Shown: piece after piece, positions 63,389-64,000 of the stretch
Layout: each line of letters opens with the position of its first letter
How positions within the stretch are numbered: position 1 is the first letter of the stretch
Assembly: GCF_006345805.1 (NCBI RefSeq)
Contig: NC_042999.1
Coordinates: 63,984,001-64,048,000, forward strand
Direction of reading: 5' to 3'
Source: Octopus sinensis
Taxonomy: Eukaryota
Length of the DNA: 64,000 nucleotides
Made by a program: the position numbers and the translations under genes
Notes under the pieces: generated by a model
The model's input: the letters and a program-made list of their open reading frames with translations, nothing else
What the model was told of the DNA's origin: nothing
Database searches by the model: none

Positions 63389-63688
63389 GTTGTTCCTTCT
63401 CAAGCCACGCCTGGCTCATTAGGGCCGGTTTCCCGGTTTCTTTGGCGTATAGGTTCCCCACCTGGACGAGACGCCGGTCCGTTGCAGGTGACCTGCAAGA
63501 TGCAGGAGGAAAGAGTGAGAGAAAGTTTTGGCGAAAACATCAGCAGAAGTTCGCCATTACCTTCTGCCGGAGCTGCGTGGAGCTTAGGCTTTTCGCTCAT
63601 AAACACACACATCGCCCGGTCTTAGATTCGAACCCGCGAACCCTCGACCGCGTGTCCGCTGCTCTAACCACTAGGCCATGTGCCTCCA
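63389..63688 (-). mobile_element. SINE with C-type head and D-type tail
   Basis: 11-bp TSD caaatgtttat (63378-63388, 63689-63699). Confidence 0.85.
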
Positions 63689-64000
63689 CAAATGTTTATA
63701 TAGCATGACTGAATTAGCTTTGTATATGCATGAGAAGAGAATAATAAGGTGCATTTACGGCAGTTGACTTTCCACAGGGTATGCTTACAAACTATCGCCT
63801 TACTACGTTTATGTATGTGTGTGTGTTGTGTGTATGAGAGTAATATGCAAATTAGTTGTTTCAAATTTTAGTACAAGGCCAGCAATTTCGGGGAGGGGTG
63901 AGTCAGTTATATCGACTTCAGTTTTTAACTGGTGTTTATTTTATCAACTCGGAAAGGATAAAAGGTAAAGTCGACTTCGGAATCTTGGGGTTAGTAGCCC

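Overview
This is a eukaryotic, AT-rich, repeat-saturated window with no prokaryotic features. The mix of SINEs, microsatellites and mariners matches my recollection of Octopus genomes; that is an inference, not a database result. Most of the 64 kb is (TA)n/(TG)n/(CA)n microsatellite and four tRNA-derived SINE groups, labelled A-D here with my own letters. It also holds decayed Tc1/mariner elements, fragments of CR1/L2-, Hero-, Tx1/L1-, RTE- and Penelope-type retroelements, two Helitron-type elements and several MITE or foldback elements. The only convincing host gene is an intronless 441-aa ORF at 57456-58781 (+), a divergent EB1/MAPRE-family protein. It has TWO tandem EB-type calponin-homology domains (50% identical by hand alignment, with differences in the most conserved blocks being synonymous), a degenerate EBH domain lacking the FYF motif, and no acidic EEY/F tail. 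It lies in a repeat-free island just downstream of a TRIM/LTR-like unit. Other notable signals are a canonical minimal hammerhead ribozyme (11576-11618) and a three-copy hammerhead-like family with a non-canonical CUGUNGA core. Also notable are a 781-bp foldback element whose ~310-bp arms carry telomere-like repeats, and SINE multimers with a 190-bp period, each flanked by one target-site duplication (TSD). All coordinates and alignments were read by eye and may be off by a few bases.
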